Assembly (NCBI GenBank): GCA_963677485.1
Contig: OY781964.1
Coordinates: 4,320,001 to 4,384,000, forward strand
Direction: 5' to 3'
DNA length: 64,000 nucleotides
Source of the DNA: Armatimonadota bacterium
GTDB lineage: Bacteria; Armatimonadota; HRBIN16
A program made the position numbers and the translations under genes. Under the pieces are notes generated by a model, which worked only from the letters and a program-made list of their open reading frames with translations, made no database searches and was not told the origin of the DNA. Positions 18,329 to 28,256 of this stretch are shown piece by piece. Numbering within the stretch: position 1 is the first letter of the stretch; the number at the start of each line of letters is the position of its first letter.

Positions 18329-19618
18329 ATGCGGGAAAAATCGTGGATTAGTAAATATGGATTGCAGGCACTTGCCTATATGGGGGTTTCTGCTGCGCTT
18401 GTTTTAAGCTATATGGGCATCAAGGCACTGGAACGTTATGATCCGATGGCGCACTACAGTGAACAATACGCCGATGCTGGCATGAACAATGCGGTGTTGG
18501 TGTGTGATGACGTGAAGGTGAGTTCTCGCCGCTACACTTCGGTGAACTGGCAGTTTCAAGCACGGCACATCAGTATGCTTCGTGACTTGGGAAGTTGGAA
18601 TGTTGATGGCCTGTACAACGGCTCCGTCACACTCCCTGGGCAAAAAAAGCTGACGCTGAAGTTTGCCTCCAAAACCGCCTCATACAGCCGCTGGGAACGC
18701 CGTCTGCGTATGGAAAACGCGGAGGTGATGCCCAACGCTGGCAAGCTGATGACTTCTGAAGCGGTGTATGATGAAACGACCAGAAAGCTAGAGCTGCCGA
18801 AGGGTTGCCGCGGCCGATATATGGACGCAGATGTCGTGTTCAAGAAGGTTGCCTTCAACCTCGACACCAACAGTGCTGTGGTCACAGATGGCAAGATGAC
18901 GGTCGCAGAGAAACCTGCTCTTGCAGTGGACAATAACCCAAAAGCGAAGAAGACCCGTCAGGTGACCGTCTCGTTTAAGTCTTTTGAGGAACTTCAAGGG
19001 AAGACCCGCAAGGGGCAGGCATTGAAGGTTGTGGACGGGGATACTCAGTTTCAAGCAGATCAGGCTACTCAGGATATCGCGAAAAACACGGTTTTGGCAA
19101 CAGGTAACCTGAAAATGGATGACGTAAAATACTCAGGCACCGGCGATAAAGCCGATATCGAGATCAAACCTCGGCACGCTGTGATCACCGGACACGTGAT
19201 CATCGTCACAAAACCTTCAGTGAAAAAGGCCGATGTGAAGCCTGCTGAACCTGCAGCACCGACCGCCGATTCCAAACCGGCTAAGGAAGACAAAAGCCTG
19301 GCCACAGAACGTAACAAGCCGGCTACAATCACCTGCGATAAGGCTGATGTGCTGTATGGCACCAAGATCATCACGCTGACGGGCAACCTGAAAATAGTTC
19401 AGAGGATCACCGAGGGCACAAGGACACTCACCGCCAATAAAGCGGTCTACGACGTGAATGGTGAAGTAATGGAGCTCACCGGAAACGTGTATGCGATAGA
19501 CGAGAAGGGGCAAGAGTTGCGGGTACCCAGCATGACGCTTGGGTTAAAAGAGGGCGATGAGTGGATCAAGGCGACTGCAGGCGGAACCATGACCATCATT
19601 GAAGAGGACGAGGAGTAG
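18329..19618 (+). CDS. LptA/OstA beta-jellyroll protein with N-terminal anchor (LptC+LptA-like)
   Basis: N-terminal TM helix followed by repeated OstA-type strands (TITCDKADVLY...ITLTGNLKIVQ; LTANKAVYDVNGEVMELTGNV). Start is 18329 or 18290. Confidence 0.7.
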   Translation: MREKSWISKYGLQALAYMGVSAALVLSYMGIKALERYDPMAHYSEQYADAGMNNAVLVCDDVKVSSRRYTSVNWQFQARHISMLRDLGSWNVDGLYNGSVTLPGQKKLTLKFASKTASYSRWERRLRMENAEVMPNAGKLMTSEAVYDETTRKLELPKGCRGRYMDADVVFKKVAFNLDTNSAVVTDGKMTVAEKPALAVDNNPKAKKTRQVTVSFKSFEELQGKTRKGQALKVVDGDTQFQADQATQDIAKNTVLATGNLKMDDVKYSGTGDKADIEIKPRHAVITGHVIIVTKPSVKKADVKPAEPAAPTADSKPAKEDKSLATERNKPATITCDKADVLYGTKIITLTGNLKIVQRITEGTRTLTANKAVYDVNGEVMELTGNVYAIDEKGQELRVPSMTLGLKEGDEWIKATAGGTMTIIEEDEE

Positions 19619-19621
19619 ACA

Positions 19622-20809
19622 ATGTGGATAAGGATGGGAACTTCACGAAGCGGGGGAGTGGTCGTTGGAGTCGCTCGCGTCGTTGAGGATCCCAGACAGC
19701 TACTCGAAATGGCTGTTCACGAAACCGCCGCCGCGTACATCGACCCGGAGCTGGGCTATGTGCTGGTGACCAGAGATGCCTCCATGGCTGAACGCTTATT
19801 GCCCTTCAACCCAGCCATTCAGGCGATTGTGGCTGATTTTGGCGGTGAGGACGTGACGATGGGGCACCCCTCTATCCCTATCGTAGCGGATGTTGAGGAT
19901 GCCACCTCGGAGATTCAAGATGGCGACCTGTTGATTGTGGAGGGATACCGCGGGTTGGTGATATCAAACCCCTCGCTAGAGCTTATCTCCAAATTCCAGC
20001 AGATCATGCAGCATCGAAGCCGCAACAGGTACAGGTTGGAGCAGGGCACCGATGTGCTTCAAAGCCTTGATGGGCATACCGTCAGGATGTATGCGCATCT
20101 ACAATCATCGACCGACTTTATGATAGCCGAAGACGCAGGGGCAGACGGTGTCTATCTTGATGGTAGTTGGGCCTCGCAGTGTCTGCAGGATAAACGCTGG
20201 GTAGAACGGCTCATCGAATACTGCGGAGGCCGCGGCATGGCTTTAAAGATGCCTGCTTCCCTCGAGGGTGCCGCGCTGGACGGGTTAATGCGCATTAGCG
20301 AAGAGTTGACCGTGACGGCCGTGTACGGGCCTCAGTCGGTCAAACAAAGCATCTATCGCATGGCTGAGGCGGGAGCAAGTCGGACGAGTGAACAGACATG
20401 CGGCATATGCCTTAGTCGCCCAGTTTTGTCGGGTGCGGTCTGGCAGCCAGGATCGGAGCCAATAGAGCAGTTTGACGACATCAACAGCCTGTGGGTTGAC
20501 CTGCCGCCTGTGAGTATGCTGGACAAGCTGTGCGCGTCACAATGCATCGTTCAAAACCAGTACGCTCAGAATGCTTTGCTGACACGAATGGCGGTGACTG
20601 GTGCGGTAGATCCCACGGTGTTTGGTGTCTATCTTGGACTGGGGTATAGCGACCTTTGTATGCCGCTGCATTGCATTATGCCGTGTAAGAAGATGCTGCC
20701 CATGGTCTCCTGGGAGTTAGCGCGTCAAGCTGTGGGTGAAGCCATGTCCGAAGATGGCGAGATACGGTGGGCGGATCTTTTAGATAGATACCGCATTCTG
20801 ACTACGTAG
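19622..20809 (+). CDS. Degenerate PEP-utilising enzyme (PTS Enzyme I-like) protein
   Basis: GTSRSGGVVVGVARV N-terminus; mobile-domain pattern (IPIVADVEDATSEIQDGDLLIVEGYRGLVISNP); SLDGHTVRMYAH and GADGV resemble the start of the PEP-binding domain. It is much shorter than PtsI and lacks the catalytic motifs. Confidence 0.6.
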   Translation: MWIRMGTSRSGGVVVGVARVVEDPRQLLEMAVHETAAAYIDPELGYVLVTRDASMAERLLPFNPAIQAIVADFGGEDVTMGHPSIPIVADVEDATSEIQDGDLLIVEGYRGLVISNPSLELISKFQQIMQHRSRNRYRLEQGTDVLQSLDGHTVRMYAHLQSSTDFMIAEDAGADGVYLDGSWASQCLQDKRWVERLIEYCGGRGMALKMPASLEGAALDGLMRISEELTVTAVYGPQSVKQSIYRMAEAGASRTSEQTCGICLSRPVLSGAVWQPGSEPIEQFDDINSLWVDLPPVSMLDKLCASQCIVQNQYAQNALLTRMAVTGAVDPTVFGVYLGLGYSDLCMPLHCIMPCKKMLPMVSWELARQAVGEAMSEDGEIRWADLLDRYRILTT

Positions 20810-20828
20810 CCGGCCACAGCTCGGTACC

Positions 20829-21659
20829 TTACTGAATAATGGGTTTGGGTATGGGTTTCCGGTGTTCGTATGTCAGTATCTCACGAAAACCAATATGGTA
20901 GAGCATCAAGCTGGCTTCCTGCATCCTCGCTGCGATCCGTTTGGGTTGATGGGCATCGGAACCCAGCGTGATCATACGCCCGCCTGTCTCATAGTACAGT
21001 TCCAGCATAGTCCAGTCAGGATAAGTCACCATGGGCGGCTGATATAAACCGGCGGTGTTGATTTCCAGGGCGATGTTCTTCTCCATCATCAACTCAAAAA
21101 TCTCCACGAGCTGATCCCGGAATGTGCCCACCTTGAAGTCACCGAACAACCCTGTGCCACGTTTCTGCGCGTATCCTAAATGGCCGACGATGTCGAGGGC
21201 TCCAGACTGAACGGAGTACAGGATGGCCTGATGATATGCCCCGTAGGCCTCTAGCTCTGTGGGGTATACCTCCAGGTATTCAGGGGTCATCAGCATTCGT
21301 CCGTCAATGTGATGCACAGAAGATATCACATAGTCGAATGGGTGCTGAATGAGCCAGCGGTGCAGCTCATCGACAAACCACTGCTGGAAGTCGAGTTCTA
21401 TACCGTGCCGAATGGTCAGTCGGCCTGCGAAATGTTCACGCTCACGCGCAATGTCATCGGCATACGCCAGAGGGTCAAAATGGTGGACTACCGGGTCATT
21501 AGGGTCAAAATCTTTGTGTTCTGCAAAGCCTATCTCGTCAAGTCCCATTGATGCTGCCATCGTACACTGCTCAGACATGGTAGCCCGACCATCATGCGAT
21601 CGGAATGTGTGTATGTGGTAGTCGGTGATGTAGAGCTGTTCGGTCCTAAGCTTACGCAT
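20829..21659 (-). CDS. Histidinol-phosphatase HisJ/HisK family PHP-domain protein
   Basis: DYHIHT, GFAEH, GIELD, DYVISSVH, IVGH, LEINTAG and TLGSDAH. Confidence 0.88.
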   Translation of the reverse strand: MRKLRTEQLYITDYHIHTFRSHDGRATMSEQCTMAASMGLDEIGFAEHKDFDPNDPVVHHFDPLAYADDIAREREHFAGRLTIRHGIELDFQQWFVDELHRWLIQHPFDYVISSVHHIDGRMLMTPEYLEVYPTELEAYGAYHQAILYSVQSGALDIVGHLGYAQKRGTGLFGDFKVGTFRDQLVEIFELMMEKNIALEINTAGLYQPPMVTYPDWTMLELYYETGGRMITLGSDAHQPKRIAARMQEASLMLYHIGFREILTYEHRKPIPKPIIQ

Positions 21660-21777
21660 TTTGATGTATATCCAAACAAATAGTATATCAGGGCTATACT
21701 GTAGCAACCCTAAAACACTTTAGCACATTCCAAGCGAAGTGTGCCTGACATATTGGATACAATGACAGTGTGGAAAA

Positions 21778-22884
21778 ATGCGTGATACAGGTAACCAGCA
21801 GTTAATGGCGCCTGAAGAGATACAAAATTACATTCCAGAGTGGGAAGAAGCACTTCAAAGATGCGCGGCGGTGCCAAGCCGTGTGATGGTCATGGGGATA
21901 TCGGATGTTGGTAAGACGACTTTGGTTAACTTGTTGGCAGCGAGAATCCTGCAGCATCAACCGGAAGTAGCCGTTTTGGACTTGGACCTGGGGCAGAGTG
22001 AGGTAGGACCTCCAACTACCATGGGCCTGGGGTTACTCGACCGTGTGGCGCATCAGGTGGGATACGCGAAGCCTCTGGGAATGGGGTTTGTTGGTGCATT
22101 AACACCCGGTGGTATGGGCATCGAGACCATACAGGCACTGCTGCCCGTACTGCCGCTGATTCCGCAGAACATGAGTTGTCTCATTGATGGACACGGTCTT
22201 GTTGTTGGCGGTGTGGCTCGAAGGCTGTGGCTGAGCTATTATGAAGCACTAAGGCCCGATATTATACTTGCTGTACAATCTAGTGGCGAACTCGAACCAC
22301 TACTCCAAACATTTGACCGCCGCCTAGCTAGAATCATCAGGCTTCCGCGTCCCAATTCTGTGGGCACCAAAAGCAGGGAACTGCGCTCAGAACGTCGGAG
22401 CCGAAGATTATCCCGCCATTTAGCTGCGATGAAGAGGGTATACATCGATTGGTCAGAGGTCAGTATTGACGGAAGCTGGCTGTTTAGCGGTACCGCTTTG
22501 AGCCGTGAACAGATCACTGAGTTATCGGAGCTGCTTGACCTTCATGTGGTGTGGGCCGAAAGAGTGGACAACCGGATATATTCGATGATTTCCGAACGCG
22601 AGGCGGACATGAGCCCATTGCGGGTTCAAGGCAGCTGGGGTGATTGCGAACTTAAGATTAGTTGTCAGCACTATTTCAGTCAACTGATCTGCGGTTTGAT
22701 CGGTACCGACGGATTATGTCGTTCACTTGCGGTTTGTGAAAAAATAGATTTTCAGAACAAGCGGCTCCAATTAATGAGCCCTTACCAACAATTTCAAGAG
22801 ATTTGCGCATTGCGGCTTGGACGCCTGTTCGTGGATTCATCGGGCGTACCGGGTAGCAGTGCTCCACTAGGGGAATACTACTAA
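21778..22884 (+). CDS. Clp1/Grc3 family polynucleotide 5'-hydroxyl kinase
   Basis: P-loop GISDVGKTT, DLDLGQSEVGPPTTMG, FVGALTP, LIDGHG and Arg-rich lid ELRSERRSRR; C-terminal ...IDFQNKRLQLMSP...LRLG. Confidence 0.85.
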   Translation: MRDTGNQQLMAPEEIQNYIPEWEEALQRCAAVPSRVMVMGISDVGKTTLVNLLAARILQHQPEVAVLDLDLGQSEVGPPTTMGLGLLDRVAHQVGYAKPLGMGFVGALTPGGMGIETIQALLPVLPLIPQNMSCLIDGHGLVVGGVARRLWLSYYEALRPDIILAVQSSGELEPLLQTFDRRLARIIRLPRPNSVGTKSRELRSERRSRRLSRHLAAMKRVYIDWSEVSIDGSWLFSGTALSREQITELSELLDLHVVWAERVDNRIYSMISEREADMSPLRVQGSWGDCELKISCQHYFSQLICGLIGTDGLCRSLAVCEKIDFQNKRLQLMSPYQQFQEICALRLGRLFVDSSGVPGSSAPLGEYY

Positions 22885-22885
22885 T

Positions 22886-23665
22886 ATGGTTCAACAGAAG
22901 CGGGGATGTGCCCCCGAACACTTTGAGCAAGCCATACAATACTGCCAAAGTTATGTTAAACGCCAGAACTGGTCGGATTTGCATCGTGAGCTATCGGCTC
23001 CATCGATCCAGGCCGTCGCACAACTGGAATCTGCCGGGCAGAAATGTGTGTTGTTCAATGAGGCTGAGTATTCCCGCCGCCCGTTTTCAGACCATTGGGC
23101 CATCAATCTGCTGATGGTCGATGCAGAAATCAATATCGTGATCAATACTATGCTGGCAGCGGAGTGGGTGTATCAGCCTAACCGCTCGGTGTACAAGAAC
23201 TGGGTGCTGGAGTTCACACATGGGGTGAACATGATCCGTGTGTGGCGCGGTATTCCTGGGGTGCGAAAACGCTCCTCTGTGCTGGACAGCATTGAGATGG
23301 CAACCGATGGACGGAAGGTGCTGGCACCTGATGTCGCCGTCGCGGCCTTATGTGCGGAATACTGCTTTTCAGGACACGGTGACGACCCAATCAGTTTAAT
23401 GGCTGGTGGGGTAGCCATTTGGCATGTGGATGACTGGGTAAGCCTTATCACCCGGTCTTACGAGCTGGGATTATGCCGTTCTGTCTATGTTCTGGGTAAC
23501 CATGCTCGACGCTGGTTAGGAATTGATGTGCCGCATCACCTTCTCGTGACCATGCGGTTTTTGCCTACACCTGTCGTGACGCGTGCCATATACGAAATCG
23601 GTCGAAAGCGGCTGTTGGCCCCTTTTGCGGAATGGCTTTGTGACAGGCTCTCATGGATTGACTAG
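22886..23665 (+). CDS. Degenerate nucleotidyltransferase-family protein (NTP_transf_5-like)
   Basis: Overall pattern resembles the uncharacterised NTase family (LESAG..CVL, INLLM, VLEFTH, LAP..., DWVSLITRSYELG). The LKG and DxD motifs are not conserved. Confidence 0.5.
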   Translation: MVQQKRGCAPEHFEQAIQYCQSYVKRQNWSDLHRELSAPSIQAVAQLESAGQKCVLFNEAEYSRRPFSDHWAINLLMVDAEINIVINTMLAAEWVYQPNRSVYKNWVLEFTHGVNMIRVWRGIPGVRKRSSVLDSIEMATDGRKVLAPDVAVAALCAEYCFSGHGDDPISLMAGGVAIWHVDDWVSLITRSYELGLCRSVYVLGNHARRWLGIDVPHHLLVTMRFLPTPVVTRAIYEIGRKRLLAPFAEWLCDRLSWID

Positions 23666-24277
23666 AAGCCTGCTCATGCGGTTCATCTTGTTCTCGCCTG
23701 TGCTGAGCCTTGCCATGAACCCTAGTTCTGAAATGCGCGACATGCTGAAGCCGCAGCTATTATAAACATGAATGGCAATGCTGTTAGACGGTAGTACATC
23801 CAGATCAATCCATTTCCGCCCCATGCTGGTTCCGGTCGAGATCGCATAATGAAGCATCGCTTTTGCGACGCCTCTATTGCGGTAGACGGTGGCTACACTG
23901 AGGGAGCTGATATACACGTTGTCTTTTCTTGGCCATCGTGATGTAGCCACTTGCACCATCAACGATAAGCCGTAGCGCTGGTACAAGCTTTTGGCCATTG
24001 AAGCGTAGTTCCACGCCTTCAACCATGGCAACGGTGGGGGAACCTCAGTATGTGTTTGCATGATCATCATACCGGCTGGATGGTTGTCTATTCGGGCTAC
24101 GATGATCTCATCATGTGCCATCGCTTTATCTTCGATTAAACGGATGAAAACCTGCCTGACAATATCTGGCGTGATTCCCGCCCAGGCAAATTTGGATGAA
24201 AAGCCTTCGACGTAGATATCAGCCAGAGCTGGCATATCTTGTTCTCGTAGTGGCGATATATCGTATATATTGTTCAT
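23651..24277 (-). CDS. GNAT family N-acetyltransferase
   Basis: Acetyl-CoA motif YISSLSVATVYRNRGVAKAML and LDVLPSNSIAIHVYNSCGF. Confidence 0.9.
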   Translation of the reverse strand: MNNIYDISPLREQDMPALADIYVEGFSSKFAWAGITPDIVRQVFIRLIEDKAMAHDEIIVARIDNHPAGMMIMQTHTEVPPPLPWLKAWNYASMAKSLYQRYGLSLMVQVATSRWPRKDNVYISSLSVATVYRNRGVAKAMLHYAISTGTSMGRKWIDLDVLPSNSIAIHVYNSCGFSMSRISELGFMARLSTGENKMNRMSRLLVNP

Positions 24278-24282
24278 ATGTT

Positions 24283-24319
24283 AAAAAAACGGGGAGACGG
24301 GCTGTACCCGCCTCCCCGT
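24283..24319 (-). terminator. Intrinsic terminator after the HEAT-repeat gene
   Basis: Minus strand reads acggggaggcggg-taca-gcccgtctccccg followed by TTTTTTT. Confidence 0.8.
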
Positions 24320-24333
24320 AACTCCGGTTCGAA

Positions 24334-25785
24334 CTAGATTTTCATCAATGCTTCGGCAAGCACCCAACGGATGTTCATCGGCACTTTGTTAGATGCACTG
24401 AGCGTAGTCAGCAGCTTCGCGGCATCTGCCGTGCCCACATTGGCCAGGGAGCGGATTGCCCACATCATTTGAGGCCCTGGTTTGTTGGCGGATACACCTA
24501 GAGGTTTCACGTCGATGTTTGCGATTTTGGAAATCGCTTCACTCGCAAGGTAGGCTACATTCACGTTAGGACTGGCCATAGCGGCGACCAATGGCATTAC
24601 GGCAGGCTGTCCAATCAAACTTAACGACTGGCTGGCCGTATAGGCCACAGAGCCCTCGGAATCGCCTAAGGCAGCCATCAGCACGGGAACGGCCTCGGGA
24701 CGGAGCGTCTTGCCCAGTGCTTCCGCAGCCAGTATTCGGTACTGAGTAGGGGCTGACTTCATGATGCTGGACAACAATGGCACTGCAGCCACATTGCGCA
24801 TCCCGCCCATCGCAGCAATAGCAGCTTCTTTGGTATCGCTGTTACCAGTGGCCCACACGCGCTGAAGCACAGGCAGGGTGATGGGTCCGGCGATGGAGAA
24901 TCCAACCGAACTGCCTTCACGAATGAGCATATCATCACTGTTAATCGATCGCTCAAGCTGGGCGATCGCCGTTGGAGTGGCTAGACCACCCAGGGACTCA
25001 GCGCACTGGGCGCGCAGTTCCGAGGCGTCTGTTGGCGAGTTGACCGAGTCGATGTACACCTTCTCTGCAACGGGATCAACGATATTGGCCAGTGCGCTGA
25101 CCATCACAGCCCGTGTCGATGGGTATTTTACTAGTGTGTCCATCAATGGCTTGGTGGCTCGTTTGTCTGCCAGTTTTCCCAACAGGTCAGCGGCTCCGTT
25201 GCGGAAATAGTCCACCGTCAGGAAGACAACCACATCAGAGTCCTTGTTCAGCAGGGGCAGAACATAGGGCAGCACAGGCTTTCCGATTTTTGCGAGTGCC
25301 TGGCTGGCCGATGACTGACCTACAAGGTCTTGCATCACAAGTATCAGGCCAGGAACAACGGGCATTCCTACACGGCTAAGCACCAGCATGCAACTGTTGC
25401 GTACGTTCAGATCAGGGTTTTTGAGTCCGTCTAGAATTGGCTGTGGATGCTTGGAAGCAGATTGTTGAAGTACTTCAATCATCTGCTCACGCACCTTCGG
25501 TTCTGGCTCCCTCATGAGGGCGACAAGTGCGGCGGTCGCAGCGTCGTTGTCGGCAGCGACTAAGCCTTTAGCACATTGCACCCGCTCGGGGTCGGTGCGT
25601 TGTTGCACAACGTCATAAAAAGTTTCCCAAGTGATGACTACTTTTGAAGCGGCCACCTGCTCTTGAGTATTGGTACCAACCATATCGGCCATGAGGCGGT
25701 TACTGGTAACCTTGACATACGAAAACCATACAATGGAAACAATGGCGACCAGACCCCAGAACACCGCGGTACTATACTTTCCCAT
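24334..25785 (-). CDS. Membrane-anchored HEAT-repeat (PBS lyase-like) protein
   Basis: N-terminal TM helix and repeated 'R..AAEALG..  ..AVP.L..AL.D' units. Confidence 0.85.
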   Translation of the reverse strand: MGKYSTAVFWGLVAIVSIVWFSYVKVTSNRLMADMVGTNTQEQVAASKVVITWETFYDVVQQRTDPERVQCAKGLVAADNDAATAALVALMREPEPKVREQMIEVLQQSASKHPQPILDGLKNPDLNVRNSCMLVLSRVGMPVVPGLILVMQDLVGQSSASQALAKIGKPVLPYVLPLLNKDSDVVVFLTVDYFRNGAADLLGKLADKRATKPLMDTLVKYPSTRAVMVSALANIVDPVAEKVYIDSVNSPTDASELRAQCAESLGGLATPTAIAQLERSINSDDMLIREGSSVGFSIAGPITLPVLQRVWATGNSDTKEAAIAAMGGMRNVAAVPLLSSIMKSAPTQYRILAAEALGKTLRPEAVPVLMAALGDSEGSVAYTASQSLSLIGQPAVMPLVAAMASPNVNVAYLASEAISKIANIDVKPLGVSANKPGPQMMWAIRSLANVGTADAAKLLTTLSASNKVPMNIRWVLAEALMKI

Positions 25786-25951
25786 GAAACTTACGACTCC
25801 CGTTTAGTAAATAGAACTGTAAGCGCGACGGCTTATCAATGTCTTATTTTGCCATATATCGACTGAATCAGACGAATATATCATATCACAAGCTGGCGGT
25901 AGATATATGCATCCTTCTATGTTTGTATAAGTGGTACTATGAATCTGAGGG

Positions 25952-27889
25952 GTGCAAAATCCGATAGTATTGCACATCCTATCACAGAATACGAGGATCG
26001 CAAGTTTGCTAGATGTCCGAAGTCTTCATGTCTGCTTAGTGAAACCGTCTAAGTACGATGCCGATGGATACGTAGTCCACCATTTTCGTGGTGTGTTGCC
26101 TTGTAATACACTGAATGCACTGAACGGTCTTTTCCGTTCGGCACTAGAAAGACTAAATCTTCCCCATAAAATTAGCATAATCGACGAGACCGTTGAGCTG
26201 GTTAAACCCGAAGCGTTAATGAAGAAGCTCAAACAGGGTTGCGAAAAAATCCTGGTCGGTCTGGTAGGCGTCCAGTCAAACCAGTTCCCCCGAGCAGCAG
26301 ATCTGGCCGTCAGGTTCAAAAAAGCCGGAGCCATGGTCATCATGGGCGGCTTCCACATCAGCGGAACCAAAGCACTGCTAGGCGGAGCCCAAGAGATTGA
26401 TAAGCTGCAAAATGACGGTGTCAGCCTGTTTCTTGGAGAGGCCGAAGGCCGTATCGACGAGTTGATAGCGGATGCCATGAATGGTCAGCTCAAGACAGAG
26501 TATGGCAGCAGTAATGTGCCAGACCTATCGCAGTGCTGGGCTCCTCCGCTAGTCGATGACCAGACTGCCGCCAAATTCGCCGTTGCCCACACCGGTACCA
26601 TGGATACCAGCCGCGGTTGCCCTTTTAAGTGTTCATTCTGCACGATTATTCACGTGCAAGGTAATAAGATGCGGTTCCGAAGTACAGAAATTATCGAAAA
26701 GCACATTAGGGAACACTACCCTAATATCCCATTTTATTTTTTCACCGATGATAACATGAGCCGAAATCCTCATTGGCCGGAGATTTTTGATAGTCTCACC
26801 AAGATGCGTGAAGAAGAGGGCATGGACCTTCAATTCATGATGCAGGTGGATGTGCCCAGCTACAAGATACCGGGATTTGTAGAGAGGGCGAGGCGTGCGG
26901 GCTGCCAGGAGGTCTTTGTGGGGTTGGAAAGCCTTAACCCTGACAACCTGAAGGCCGCAGGAAAGACGCAGAACGACGCTAGCGGTTTTCAAACCATGGT
27001 CTCCACATGGCATGAACACGGCATTCCCGTCCATACAGCCTACATCATCGGCTTCCCCTTTGACACCAAGGCGAGTGTCGCCCAGGATGTGAAGATGCTG
27101 ACGGAAGTTATACGCCCAGATCAGGCCAGTTTCTTCATGCTGACACCTCTGCCTGGTTCTGTGGACCATCAGCGGAAGCTGGAGAACAACGAATGGATGA
27201 GTTCGGACCTTAACGAATATGACAGCTTCCATGCCGTTTCAGATCATCCGTTGATGTCACGCCAGGAATGGGAAGAGGCGTATGATCACGCCTTCAATAC
27301 TTTCTATTCACACGATAATCTGGTGAGGATACTTTCGAGTGCTAAGCCATCTTATTACTGGCGAGTATTCAAGAATGCTGCCTGGTACCGCAACTCATGG
27401 TTTACCGAACGCGCTCACCCCATGATCACTGGATTCTGGCGTCTGAAAGGGCGTACAGAGCGGCGACCGACTTTCAAGATGGAAGGCCGGTTTAATTACT
27501 TCATGCGCCGTTTCAACGACACCATGATATACAGTAAGCGGCTCATCAGCACGGTGCTGTTCATGGAGAGTATCTGGCGTGAAACATGGCTGTTGAAGTA
27601 TAAGCGCGAACTAGCTGAGCAGGTTTCTGAGCGTGTGCAAAACACGAAGGATCAACATAATATCCTGCGGAAAAAACTCAGTAATACCGTGGTGGGGTGG
27701 ACTAGCAGCCTCTATCTGCATTTGGGTAACGCGTCGGCCCGCTGGAAGCGGACACGTCAACTGGTACAGACCGGGCGTATCTGGGATCCTCGGATTTACC
27801 TGAATACCCTATGGGCTAGCGTGCTCAGTGTGTTTGAGGTATTGACGAAGGGCTGGCTATTTATGGCTCATTTTGTCATGGAAACCTAG
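25952..27889 (+). CDS. Cobalamin-binding (class B) radical SAM protein
   Basis: B12-binding-like N-terminal domain (IMGGFH, FLGEAEG); SRGCPFKCSFC cluster motif; FTDDN, GLES, IIGFP and LTPLPGS. Start is uncertain. Confidence 0.88.
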   Translation: MQNPIVLHILSQNTRIASLLDVRSLHVCLVKPSKYDADGYVVHHFRGVLPCNTLNALNGLFRSALERLNLPHKISIIDETVELVKPEALMKKLKQGCEKILVGLVGVQSNQFPRAADLAVRFKKAGAMVIMGGFHISGTKALLGGAQEIDKLQNDGVSLFLGEAEGRIDELIADAMNGQLKTEYGSSNVPDLSQCWAPPLVDDQTAAKFAVAHTGTMDTSRGCPFKCSFCTIIHVQGNKMRFRSTEIIEKHIREHYPNIPFYFFTDDNMSRNPHWPEIFDSLTKMREEEGMDLQFMMQVDVPSYKIPGFVERARRAGCQEVFVGLESLNPDNLKAAGKTQNDASGFQTMVSTWHEHGIPVHTAYIIGFPFDTKASVAQDVKMLTEVIRPDQASFFMLTPLPGSVDHQRKLENNEWMSSDLNEYDSFHAVSDHPLMSRQEWEEAYDHAFNTFYSHDNLVRILSSAKPSYYWRVFKNAAWYRNSWFTERAHPMITGFWRLKGRTERRPTFKMEGRFNYFMRRFNDTMIYSKRLISTVLFMESIWRETWLLKYKRELAEQVSERVQNTKDQHNILRKKLSNTVVGWTSSLYLHLGNASARWKRTRQLVQTGRIWDPRIYLNTLWASVLSVFEVLTKGWLFMAHFVMET

Positions 27890-27928
27890 ATGTTTCGGTA
27901 AAATGTGATGGGAGACAAAAACCGACAT

Positions 27929-28183
27929 ATGAAGAAACTCAATGTGACAATTACGGCGACTGCAGAGCAGATCACCGAACCTATCCTGTGGAAACTAGGA
28001 CAGGATTTCAAGGTGAAGGTGAATCTACAGAAGGCCAGCTTCACCGAATCTGGAGGCTCTGCTGTTGTAGAACTCCAGGGGGACGTTTCGGAGTTACAAC
28101 GCGCCATCGCATGGCTCCAAACAACTGGCGTGATCATGGAAACATCGGAACGGGCTATGTTCCCGAAAGTAAAACCCGGTTGA
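27929..28183 (+). CDS. Stand-alone NIL domain protein
   Basis: EPILWKLGQDFKVKVNLQKASF...GSAVVELQG...LQRAIAWL...GV is the NIL domain pattern. Confidence 0.8.
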   Translation: MKKLNVTITATAEQITEPILWKLGQDFKVKVNLQKASFTESGGSAVVELQGDVSELQRAIAWLQTTGVIMETSERAMFPKVKPG

Positions 28184-28256
28184 TCCTGGACTCGCAGTAC
28201 GCAAGACTTGATAAGGGTCGGTTGGATTACAACCGGCCCTTAAGTCATTAGCGCTC

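Noticed and set aside
27929-28183. NIL protein as a substitute for the missing NuoI ferredoxin
   Set aside because: It contains no cysteines and so cannot carry Fe-S clusters.
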